Source: an uncultured bacterium
Lineage (GTDB): Bacteria > Patescibacteriota > JAHJAL01
Direction of reading: 5' to 3'
Length of the DNA stretch: 64,000 nt
NCBI GenBank assembly: GCA_938004065.1
Contig: CALKWM010000038.1
Span: 66,466 to 130,465 of the forward strand
The position numbers and the translations under genes are program-made. Positions 18,401 through 28,700 of this stretch are shown piece by piece (position 1 is the stretch's first letter; every line of letters begins with the position of its first letter). Under the pieces are notes generated by a model that saw only the letters and a list, made by a program, of their open reading frames with translations, was not told the origin of the DNA and did not search any database.

Positions 18401-19683
18401 TTCAGAAAGGGTGGGGTTTCTTCGATAGGTAGTCCTCCGGGTTCTTCCGTATTAGGAACTGCATCACCCATTAGCAGATTGGTACAAAAAGTGTGTTGCG
18501 TGGTGCTACCATACCATTTGCTCATGCCAATACGACTTCCTGTGGGAATGTTATAAGGTGGCAGGGTATTGTAGTCAGTACAAGTTACACCTATTGCTCC
18601 GAAACGCTCCTCTCCGATAACACCAAAAAATTCATCATTAGTTGATTGAGTTTTCACGCTAAATGTACCGCATCCGATATTGACATATGAATAATAACCC
18701 GAGGAATTGGTGCTGGCAGTATGTGTAAATGATCCGCTTCCGGAACAACCAGAAGCACTAATTATGACATCTGCGTCCTCAATAGGTTGGCCAGTATTGT
18801 GATCATAAATATATCCCGCTAATCTAATTAGTCCGTATGACACTCCGGCCGTTGGATCGAAAACCACCGGATAATCGGCCTGGGATAGAAATTTTTCATC
18901 AAGCTGATAGATGATTTGTCTGTCATTGTTAATTAGTTCGTATTTAACTTGAGAGAAGTTACCTTTGCGATCTACGAGGGTGGCGGGAGATATTTTCCAG
19001 GAGATGTTTTCCACATTTTGGTTGAAGATAATATCAATACTACCATCCGGCTGAGGTGAAAGTTCACTGTCGCTTGGATAATCTAATTGAAATGCCAAAT
19101 TCGAGAAATCCGGTTTACGGTCAAATATAATCGATTCTTTAATGCGATCATCGTCCAAACGGTACTGTACGGTTATGCTATTGTCAGTTTCGTATAATAC
19201 ATAATCATTTTGAGAAAAGATATCATGAATCTTGTAGTCCGGTTGAATCAAAGACATGGTCAGGAAATTTTGGGGATCGTTTTTCATGGTTAATGAGGTG
19301 GTGATATGGTCCTCTAAGAGATAACTTTCAGTAATAAAATGATCGTTCTCAGCTTTTTGAACGGTGGTATCGGCAAATAAATTCCAAATACTTTTTTCTC
19401 GAGAAGATTTGACAAAAGGATGATTATTTTTCAAATCCTGACTTTGGCTTTTAATTTTGTTTACAGATGTAACAGCGTCAATCAGTTCATCTAACAATAC
19501 ATCTGATGTTGCATTTAAAGTTAGATCACTTTCAGAATTGACACGGTCATCATTAACAATCAGTATATTAGTTTCTCTGGTGTTTATTTTGAAGATGATT
19601 ACAATTATTGATAGTAATACCAGTATCGCCACCGGCCACACTTGTTTGATCATATCCAATCTATTTTTGTTTTGGTTGTTCAT
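11950..19683 (-). CDS. giant secreted beta-helix-rich surface protein (2577 aa) with WxL-like C-terminal module
   Basis: 7.7-kb ORF. N-terminal signal anchor [18 protein letters not shown] CarboxypepD_reg-like segment ([21 protein letters not shown]...[13 protein letters not shown]). The N-domain motif is [10 protein letters not shown]. At least 5 tandem right-handed beta-helix modules, each carrying P[VI].FTS..DDS.GGDTN.DG.AT.PA.GDW ... F.YGG. An Asp-box module ([10 protein letters not shown]...[10 protein letters not shown]). A C-terminal ~330 aa homologous to the C-terminus of 19768..30987, ending [17 protein letters not shown]. Confidence 0.9.
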   Translation of the reverse strand: MNNQNKNRLDMIKQVWPVAILVLLSIIVIIFKINTRETNILIVNDDRVNSESDLTLNATSDVLLDELIDAVTSVNKIKSQSQDLKNNHPFVKSSREKSIWNLFADTTVQKAENDHFITESYLLEDHITTSLTMKNDPQNFLTMSLIQPDYKIHDIFSQNDYVLYETDNSITVQYRLDDDRIKESIIFDRKPDFSNLAFQLDYPSDSELSPQPDGSIDIIFNQNVENISWKISPATLVDRKGNFSQVKYELINNDRQIIYQLDEKFLSQADYPVVFDPTAGVSYGLIRLAGYIYDHNTGQPIEDADVIISASGCSGSGSFTHTASTNSSGYYSYVNIGCGTFSVKTQSTNDEFFGVIGEERFGAIGVTCTDYNTLPPYNIPTGSRIGMSKWYGSTTQHTFCTNLLMGDAVPNTEEPGGLPIEETPPFLNITSSDCTNLTIDFSEEDQDPLQTTYALKFINTKDNAVAYVQPDLTLGEDPYYQTYSDWSPPLTVGGLEGNTEYTVSYSYADGFSGTADSAGTWEPYNLSSSYAGLLSNMFKIGDKLYFVHNSATNNYTSGNVWIGSADISDPEGTFINTQQTTSNDVQMLRSDYYNNKIYLSWRQGQTQNHVTAVYDISTATLSSTNRVFTNYVRSLTGAGVGEASYVQVIPSESKVYHIWVGGTRNDVLYWATTDLGNNNWSAVSSAQQTFIATNYVNMEHNFYIDNGWIYTIFKNKSVMPSTIDFNGNTNYPPGPDIYLGKVQTSGSNYSQSRIETYSAELCEHTPNCSAFINATDLEIYADNSYIYMSDIRNGARNVLTTPVPEIPTEDQVWFARYNLDLSYSKGQYIDRFAGHNEYRNDAEWQLFDNDLFTIWNPRDPISAHTSTGFMMGANGYLKTSKMFNNLDNEIVRTRAASYSNKFNPDLVIDDTCDGYYTWTDENGLNMAYSDRCTDPSSLPGGATDVASDTGSTVCGPAGGNDPGCDYTYVGGSVSGTWPPDDDYGDVAVVCIDNQPTVPAGNTLTIQPGTIVKHIETANNGEGLIVQGTLNVGDPTGADARPVIFTHIYDDSTPDGDTGRDGFTTQPTPGVWGNYDGAIFFSGSNASYQGMGNIYNAEIRYSANYAVRFYDHESYNKQNPNFDHVTIINGSGDGMYLDRVFVNATNVTIKNMGGDAIQFYGPYRTNILLDGSNVIENCGTNGIRITPNYYVRTMWDDTTFTNDYPYIIEGASYPFVGDSVNLTLEEGTIIKFASNSKMQIDGNLLSQGTAENRVYFTSLKDDTVGFSTHPEWFDSEGNCIEHKPCDTNNNGSATLPAKGDWYQLSFEAQSGEATGTIDYTTFRYGGGDIYGNVYIIDHNNYGEVEPTFNNCIFEYSQDQGIYLYRANPIISNANFNNNGSAAIYLTSSADNTGVEFLGQNTVDNNGINGVQANYVFGGNTLSSRTFYNDLPYYMVGIGSYHPTVNNGSEVTIEKGAVLKFAIGAANLMEIYGTLNSNGTSDQPVYFTSIRDDSVGGDTNNDGSATLPAAGDWPYLSFVSTNGVATGTMDHTIFRYGGVTGYEGIVRVREHNDRGQDEPEFNNVTFEHSASHGLDIYHADVPVNNFTAVDNVGAAIFMDGPGSASAVRFSGTNTATDNGINGIEVYLGIGYGHTQNFNRNTTWESDFPYIFSTAGSVYVNNGVTWTIEPGTVIKTGLNASYDRIIYNYGTIVANGTANEPIIFTSQYDDEHGGDTNGDGSATTPAAGDWGGIWFLADQGVATGSLNHVEFHYGGAAATGGGGSIYAPIDIQGHNTNSRTEPTLSDITIMNSNYYGIRLENADVTATNINIANTTNAAIYLAHPNNETNITFTGDNSVTNSGVSGIQIKCDFWGTSFDGTRTLQKEFPYYIDIDTYDCNVPNGAVLNVEPGAVIKMDNANNSELIVYGTLNASGTADENITFTSILDDSIGGDTNNDGNATTPAKSDWQSVHFLGSGGNSPSGAVKYTNFRYGGGNPGDSFLFEENNTLALEDATANEIEIAYNNFNYTNFGLYVGNSRASIHHNTFDSASDYGVVFNNPVAGTIFDYNTIKNFNTGVYVYSASDYLELNNNYIDTVTTGVLGRNIASGVQMRGNYVDAGSYYVRNTSSPFQTPAGGTTVDAYQNTWGAYPVSDYSPGKMYKNPGNILYDNHGVNITSPNGGETWVPGSTHDIEWTTYNDGGNADTADIYYSLDAGNIWTLIASDVSHSGGSVIYGSYEWIVPKAASLYAHVKVEVHDAADTIITSDTSRFFYITEAEAALEVILSDPRPSHASGASNILYTNVITSSTIDGSVKIVFAPEFDFSGITAADVQATGGNITWSNSEIVDTVNNSVVFPFTGQLDSTDGTLRFELGGTNQITNPPVVGPYNVDIGIYSTADGTGDTSELRDAKVYINEGLEIMANIPTFITFDMSRAAVPSGANVNGSATNFATTSPNTLPFGNISGGDNKIAAHDITVDTNSDNGYLLVVRYTGKLSGPTDINDFTGTNTSPTTWLVPSSNGYFGYTTTDSTIPEGGDPDRFTSGGGNKWAGFSTDYYPVAGSTGPGLEQTRIGYRLNLSPTFTTTGFYATEIIYIATSSY

Positions 19684-19767
19684 TTTGGAAAGGAAATATT
19701 ACTCTTGGAAAAAAATATTTTTATGATTTTATTATATCTCAATTTAATTTCATATTTTTTGCTGCTA

Positions 19768-22700
19768 TTAATACTTGGCGGTACAAACATAAAGAACAGT
19801 GTGAGAATAGCTGCCGGATGGTTGTCCGGAAGTTACTTGCAGTCGATAGGTCATGGTGGTGGTATCGTTCATGACGAGATTGTTGGAGTACGCAATTTCT
19901 GATGGAGTCGTGGTAATGGCGGCCCAACGGTCGGCGCTAGCAAAACGGCTGGTGGTGCCGGTGCCAAGCGTTGAGTCAGAAGTGTGATAACCATAAAAGC
20001 CGGTTCCGGAAGGAGAGGTCCAAGCCAGTGGAGCGGAGTTGGTACCGGTGAAGTCGGGCACACTGCCGGCAGTTCCGGACAAATCATGTTCTTCGCGCAT
20101 GGTAACCGTATAGCCATGATAGGCATTGGTACTGACTTTGAGGATATGGCTTTGGTTGTAAACAGTATTAACTTCGAGATCACCAAAATCAAGCTGAGTT
20201 ATGTCGGTAGAATCAGTGATGTCACGGATGGAAAATTCCAGTGCCGATTCGACATTGATATTGAAGGCCAGACCGCTGTTGATCAGAACATTGGTGGCCA
20301 AGCGATGAGTGGGGAAACCACCACCGGCTTGCCCGTCATGAAGAGTCAGAATTATCCGATATGAACCCTCGCTTGAGGGGTTGTTGATGAGATTGTTGTT
20401 GTTACCAATAGTTAAAGTAATTAGGCCGTCGGTGTGATCTAGTGTACCGGTGAACGGGAAAACTATGGAGGAGGTGTCGATGATTTCCGAGCCGGACCAA
20501 CCAACATCACCGCCGGAGGCAACCACATCGGAAGCAGAAATAGAAAGGTCAAATTCCGGTGGAAAAGTAACCTTGATGCTGTCGTCAATGTATTGACCGG
20601 CGTATTGATCGATAACAAATTTGATGGTGTGTTTGGCATCGGCATCGGGAGTGTAATCGGTGAGTGTGTCTTCGATGACGGTAATAGTAAAATTACGGTC
20701 GGAAATATCTTCGATCAGTGTGTTGCCACCGGAATCTTTCATGGAGATTTTTAGGCGGGCTTCGGTGGTACTGACGGCAGGAATTGTCCAAGTGTAGGAT
20801 CCCGTTGAGCCGGTGCATCCCGGGCCGGCACCTGAGCCGTCGCACTTGATATTGGCGACGATGGTTTGATCAAATTCCGAGCCGGAATCAGTGGAGAGCA
20901 AAATATCCAGATGATTGCCGTTGGTAGTGCCGTTATTGAATGTCCAATTGATGGTGCGGGAAGAAGCGGCAAAATATGATTCTCCCCCATTGGGTGAACT
21001 TATTACTGAACTGTTGGTGTCAAATAGTATCTCGCCACCAGCGGTACGGTCAAATTTACAGTTGCCGGCCGAGCTATCAAAGTAGCACATATAACCGGCC
21101 AGGTTTTCGAAAGCATTCTGTCTGGCATCAACGGTATTTTCAGCATTAGCGTCACGAATCGTTGTCCCTGATGGATTGTCAATATAAAAGCCGGTATTAG
21201 TATTATCAATATCATTGTGACGCAGGGTCAGACCAGGGCCGGTGTTGTTGTCGGTGTCGGGCAGGCCGTCAATGTAAACCGCGGCAATGGTGGTATTGGA
21301 GAACGAATTATATTGGATCGGATTGGTGATAATTGAACCGTTGGCTTCTACATAGATACCATACGGACTGTCGCCGAGATTATTTCTCTGAATGTCCGGA
21401 CTGGCATCATAGACAAAGATATCGGCGTTCGCGGAATTGTTAAACACATTATTGTAGGCGGCAATATTGACACCTTTAGTATTGAGCTGACCGCGGAAAA
21501 TAGTGCCATCGAGGATAATCGTTTCGCCACCATAATTGAAATTACAGAATTTGAATGAACCGGCGGCGTCGGGAGAAATTACATATACACCATTCCAGTC
21601 GCCGGCGGCGGGCGCGCCATCACTGCCTTCAACAGTTAAGCCAATAGTGTCATCATCCATGGAGGTAAAATAAATCGGATTGCCGCTTTCACCTTCGGCC
21701 ACAACAGTCGAACCATCGGTAACAATATAAGCGCTGTGGGCAAACTTGACCACCGTTCCCGGCTCGATCAATAAAGTGCTACCCGGAATGATAGTGGTAG
21801 GACCGGACACATAGATGGTTGATCCACTGGTCCAGGTGCCGCTGCCGATTTCACCGGCCACTTCTTCGTATGACGGTCGATAGTAACCGGCTTGCGGTTC
21901 TGGCTCGCTGGCTTTGCGGTGTTCATAAAGTCCGAGAACTTGTGAAGCGTTAAGTTTGGTCGTATACAGTTTCACTTCATCCATATAACCTTCATAAAAA
22001 TTACCACAGGTTTCAGTGCCTATGAAGGTCATCTGTGTAGTTCTTAAATACATCAAAGCATTGAGGGCGCTGCGGTCGACAAACTGACCGTTTTTATAAA
22101 AGTTAACATAAACGCCGTCATAGACTACAGCAACATGTGTCCAGATATTGGGTTCGATCGTGGCGGTGGAAGTGTAGGAGGCCGACCCATAGGCGCCATT
22201 ACTGGTCTGGAAGTATAATTTGTTACTGTCATTGATATAGAAATGCCAGTTGGGATTGCTGCCGCAAGCGGCGTCACGCTGGGCCATAATTGGCATCCAT
22301 TGGTTACTCACCGTCGGTTTGATCCAGGCGGACACTACCAGATGATTGCCGGCCTGGTACATCGATGAACCGTTACCGACATTAATGTAGTCGTCTGTAC
22401 CATCGAAATACAGATGATCACCGGTCGAGAATTCAAGATCGGGGCGACTGTCCCATTGGGCACCTTCATCCGCCTGCCAGGCCGGCGCGCCGTTGAATAC
22501 GCCATTATTACCATACCCGCTGTCATCACAAGCATCATCACCATCACTGCAGGTGTTGTCCGCCCCTTCGTCAAAATGCCAGGAGCCGGCCAGACCGTCA
22601 AAACCGGAATTTTTAGTAAAAGTATTATCAAAATTTTCGTAGGCACCGGCGGCCGGATTGCCATAGTACATATAGATAGTCTTGTTGTTGTTAGCTGGTA

Positions 22701-25700
22701 TGGAAGGTATTTTTACGTAAATGCGGGTGTTATTGGTATTTACTCCAGAAATTATGTAATAAGGCATCAGAGTGGTACCGTCAGAGTCGGCGAAGCGAAT
22801 ATCGTCACCATCGGCCTGCATCTGACTTTGATCAATATATATTTTGGTATCAATATTTGATTGCACTTGATAATCGGTCAGAGTGTTAATATTGCCTTCA
22901 TTGATAATCGTCAGTTCGGTGCGATGTGCCCAATCGTCATCAAACCAGTTTTCCTGACCGGTTTCGTCATCGGTGCCGGTGCGAACACCGCCGATGATTG
23001 TCTGCGGGTTGGCGGAGTCATACAAACGGTGTTCATAGTGAGCCAGAATTTCACCGGCTGATAAGGCCCGGGAATATACCCGAACGTCATCATAGTATCC
23101 ATAAGTTGGTCTATCAGTGCTACCGTCAGCGTTATTGCCGATAGCCAAAGCATGATCGTTAACGTTGATATTTCCAGTGGAGCTACTGATTCCTTCCATC
23201 TGGCCATTTAAATACATTTTTATATCAGTTCCGTCATAAGTGCCAACAAGGTGATACCAGCGATTAACAACCAGAGTGGTAGTGGCGGTGGCGGTGGTAC
23301 TACTGGGACCATTGACATAAAAATAAGGTTTTTTGCTATCATTCAGAACTATTGCATACAGATTTGCGCCTTCTTGTCCTTTGGCCAGCATTCTGGTCCA
23401 ATTGACAACATTCCATGGTTTGTACCACATTTCCACGGTGGCGCCGGTAGTCAGGTCCAGTTCGGGAGCATCGGCGATAGTGATCCGCGAATTGCTATCG
23501 GCGGTACCATTATTGTAAATATGTTTGCCGTCAGCAAATTTTATATCTGACCGGCCGTCCCATTGTCCGCCTTCGCTATCGCGCCATATTGCATATCCTT
23601 GTCTAGTGCCATCATTTCCCTGTCCGGAGGAATCAGCCACGGTTGAGCCACTGCCCTCGTTCATCAGCCACTGGCCGGACAAACCGGATTCGTGGCTGTA
23701 ATCGCGAATAAACACATTGTCATAGTTTGACTCACTGGTGGCGGAGGAATTACCGTATTCCATTAAAAACTCACTGGTACCGCTGTCGGGTATTTCCACC
23801 CAGATTTCGGAAGTGCCGGCCGTGTTCCAGGTCTCAATCCAGTAGTCAAATTTGGTTTCACCCAGCACATCAAAGAAACGGATATCTTCGCCGTTGTCCT
23901 GAGCGTTGGCGTAGTCAAAATTACCCGGATGGAGTTCGATTTTCACCTGATAGTTGTTCATCGAAGTGGCTGGTGATATGGTAATTTCACGATAGTACAT
24001 CCAGCCGGATTCAACCGGTGCTTCGGATGTTATTTCATAATCAACCTGCAGAGAGGATTGCTGTTTATTGCCGTGAGTGTCAATACAGCGGATATAGGCG
24101 GTGTGAGCGGAAACACCGGTCAAGGTGAGATTGCAAGTATTGCCGGCAACTCCGCAGGAGTTGGGCATAGTGTCATAGTCGTGTCCGACATTGGTGGACC
24201 AGCGGCACACATCACTGTCAGCCGAAGCGTCAAAGACGACAAATGTTGAAGCATTGTTGGAGGCATCTTCGTATGGAGGAGTAGTGTCACCGGCGACGGA
24301 AGTGATGGAATTTATCACGGGATAGACGGTGTCGACATGCGAATTGAAAGAAAAAATTTCGCTGTCATTGGAACTGTCGGAAACATATGTATAAATTGTT
24401 TTATCGCCGTCCGGTGTATAACCGGTCCAGCCGGTAACATTAACCTCATCTTGTAAAGTTGCTCCTGAAACTGGTGTGGTCGTCTGATCAACTTCGTGCC
24501 AGTCGGACTGGTCAAATGAAGCATAACAGGTAGCGGTACCGGCCTGGGGTTTGGTTACGCCGTTGCACTGAATATTGTAAGCGGTTTTGTTGTAGTTATT
24601 GATAAAACTCATTGAACTTTGGGCACCTGTCATTGTGATGCCGCCGATGGCGTAGTCGAGTTGGTAGTTATTAACTTGATCGGTATAATTACCGGCGGTG
24701 TCGGCACAAGCCAAATAAACCGTTTTGGCACCGTAACCGGACAGATCAAGGGTACAGTTGGTAGTCGAGGTGCAGGTGTCGGTCATGGCGGTGTAAGTGA
24801 TATCGGATTCATCCCATTTACAGGTGGCGGCATCGGCGGAAGCGGTGTAAACCACCAGCGTCGAGCTGTCGTCAGTCACGTCATAGTACGGTGAATTGGG
24901 GTCGCCGGCCACGGAAGTGATGGTGGTGACTGCCGGTGGAGTAGTGTCTTTTGTAACACTGAAGTTATGCGTTGATGTCGGATTACCGTCCACCACCGCT
25001 CGTACATAAATAGTAACACTACCCTCACCGGCCGGGTAACCCGTCCAGTTCGTCACATCGGGTGTGCCCTGGATGGTGGCGTCGGAGAGCGGACTGGACG
25101 CCGAACCAATTGTGTTCCAGTTGGTCTGATCCCATGAGCCCTCACAGTAAACCGTTTTGCCGGTCTGGGCGATGGTCACGCCGTTACATTGGACATTGAA
25201 AGCGTTTTTGTTGCCGTTGTAGAGATAACTTTGGGAAGTTGAACCGCCGGTCATAATCAGTGGATAACTGTAATCAAGCGTAACTGAGGAAACTGACGGG
25301 GTTGGATCAGTATCGGTGGTGGTTTCAATAATTCGATATTGAAAATATTGATTAGGCGTAGAAGTGATGGTCGAGCCGGTTGGATTTGTTAAATAATCAC
25401 TGACCATATTCAAGTCATCAATCCAGAATGTACGGCCCTGATTGCCGTCCAGAACGCGCCAGGTAATGTTATCCACAGCGTTAATATGAGCGTCAAAAGA
25501 GTCAGAAATATCAATATATTCTTTTTGCCATTTGAAAACATCAGCATTGACAGTATAGCCACCGGACGGAAATGTACTACCCGAGTCCCAGGAAGCAACC
25601 ATCACTGCGCCGGTGGAAATATTGACGCTGGTCACCGTGCCCTGAGCGATGTATTCGGTGCCGTCATAGTTTTCCCGGACGATAATTTTATCCCCGACAT

Positions 25701-28700
25701 ATAATCCGGTACCTTTGTTGGGTAAACCTTCAGAGGTAGCATCGACGGTGAAGGAGGTGTCGCCGGATCCCGAAATGGTATTGCCACTGTCTAGACTGGC
25801 CGCAAAATCAAAAGTGATGGAATGAGTGCGCAAACCAATTTCATATGCCTGGCGGATTTCATCGGCGGTACGGACGACTTTGTCCAGTCTGACTTCATCC
25901 AGCCGACCGTTGAAATAATATGTGCCGGTATTGCCGTTGCCGATCCGTAGTGGCGAGGTGGTGTCGTGCATGGCCACATAAGTGCCGGCATTGTCGACAT
26001 CAGTTGAACTGTCCACTCGTTGGCCATCAATGTATACTGACAAGCCATTGCTCGATCCCGATCCGTCATAGTTGGCAACCACATAGTGCCAACTGCCGGA
26101 AGATAACAACACATTGGCATTGGGAACTCTTTTACTAATTCTATTAGCTCCATCATTGTCATACATGGACCAGTAGAGATAGTTGTCGCTCCATGGTACC
26201 AGCTGCCACTCCCGTACCGAGGCACCGGTATCTTTGCTTATGATTGGGTCGTTGTTGTTGCCATTACGATAAATCCAGGCAGAAACGCTGAAAGCGGTAT
26301 CGGTTGTACCATTCCCAAAACTGTTATTGGCGTCGTCGGGAATATTGACATAATCACTGGATCCATTAAATGATCTACCTTGCCCGATTTTTCCTTGAAT
26401 AAAAGTTGTTCCCGTCGGTGTACCATGCTGGGCATAAGATGAACTGTCTTTGATATAAGCACCCGAGCCGGTTTGTTCCTCCAGATGCCACAAACCAAGA
26501 GTGTTGGCGTCGGGTACATTGTTGGCGAATTCGGATTCGCCGAAGGTCACTTCCAGATGCGTACCGGGCTGGTCGGAAGCGATCGAAACCGGCACCAGCG
26601 ATTTATCAGATAAATCAATGGCACTAGTTAATGAATTATGAAAACGATGATCGCGACCGAGGCGATAGGCCTCAGCGATTTCGTCTGAGGTGCGAGCGAC
26701 ATTGTCGATTTTTACTTCGTCAATTAGGCCATCATGAAAGCGTCCTTTGGTATTGTCAGAAGGTTTATTTTCGGCGCCGATTGTCAGAACGGATGAGTTA
26801 TTCCATCGTGAAGTGGCGGGTGAGGTATCAGATCCAATCTGGACACCATCCAGATAGAGATAAGCAGTTGTCAGATTATTGGTAGCAACTAAATAATGCC
26901 AGTTGTTATCAATAATTGTGGCAGTCGAATTGATCATAGTAGCCCAGCTACTACCATCACTTGATTCGAGGAAATAGATCGTATTTGCGGAATCTATAAC
27001 TAACGTATATGGTGAATATTCTCCGTTGCCCCCCTTTGATATCAAACCACTGATCGCTCCCACCACATCTCGCTTAAACCATATTTCAACCGTAATTGGA
27101 CTACTCGTCATATCAAGAGTACTTGAATCGGCTGCTGAAATATAATCGCTTGAACCATTAAAATTTCTAGCTTTTTGTGATAGGCCATTAGTAACGGTAG
27201 TACCAGTCGGAGTGCCGTGATTGCCATTGCCGGAACTGTCTTTCAAATACGCTCCACTACCGCCGGTTTCGTCCAAATGCCAGAGGCCGACGGTGACTGA
27301 ATCGGACATCTGATAGCCAGTCGTAAATTTTTCGCTGCCGGTACCTTCCAGTTTAATATTAGTCACCGTCTCGTTTTTGCATGGTAATGGTGCCATGGAG
27401 GCGTGGTAGATCCGAAAGGCCGCCCCATCTTCGCCGGCGTACCACATTTTATAGATTCCATTTTCATATATAACCCGCGGCAATAAAGCATGATCATCAT
27501 CCCCAGATCCGGCCAGACCTTGTGGAATTTGGCCGTTGTAAGCAATGGTGCTACTGTCAGCCGGTATAGTATTGTTTATTTTTTTCCAGGTCAAGCCATC
27601 GGGACTAACAGCGTAATATGAACGCCAATAAGTGCCATCCTGACCGGAATACCAGGCGCGATAATAACCGCCCTCTTTGATCACTGTTCCCATGTAGAGA
27701 TAAGCATCATCACCAGTACCACTAGTACCGGTGGGAATGCGACCATCGGTCGAGATCGAATCGGAGTCAGCCGGCAGAGCGTTATTATATTTGGTCCAGG
27801 TCAAACCGTCCGAGCTGGTTGCCAGGAAGATATGCCGGTCAGCACCATCGTCGCCGGTGTAGTACATTTTGTAAGTCGAGCCGTCTTTGAAAACATAAGG
27901 GGCATAAATATTATTGTCATCTCCGGTGCCGCTGGTACCCAATCCGAGCCGACCGTCACCATAGGGGCAGGCCGAGCCGCTGTCACAAGTGGTGGGAATG
28001 GTAATATTGGCTTTAGTCCAGGTCAGACCGTCGGAACTTGTGGCGTAGTAAATACGGTATTTAGAACCGTCAGAACCGCCATACCACATTTTGTAGGTCG
28101 AACCATCTTTAATGACAGTACTGTAAGCAATACTGGCATCATCACCAGTGCCGGCTGTAGCACTGATAGGTAGACGACCATTGGTGCCGGTGGTGTCAGA
28201 TGGCGATTCAATATTATTGTCATTTTTTGTCCAGGTTAAACCGTCGGAGCTATAGGCGTAATATATCCGACCGACAGCGCCGTCATATCCGTAATAATAC
28301 ATTTTATAAGTCGAACCGTCTTTGAAGACATTGCCACTGTAAATATTGGCGTCATCACCACGACCAGTAGAACCTAGACCCATCCGACCGTCTGTGTAAC
28401 TACAAGACGATCCACTGTCACAAGTTGTTGAGGCGGTGGCGTTATTTTTCTTGACCCAGTTTTGGTTGGTGTTGGCATTGGACCAGGCGTTCTCGAAGAC
28501 GTGCAGATTGGCTTCATTATTATCAAAATTATCAATCTGGGTTTCGACTCCACCGCCCGATGGTTTCCAAGCTTCCCAGCTACCATCGTCGGGGCTGGAA
28601 TCCGCACCGGTACGGGTTTGCAGTTGGACATTACCTATCTGGTACAAAGAATTAATTTCATTGATATCCAGGACGCGGTTATACACTTTGGTGGAATCAA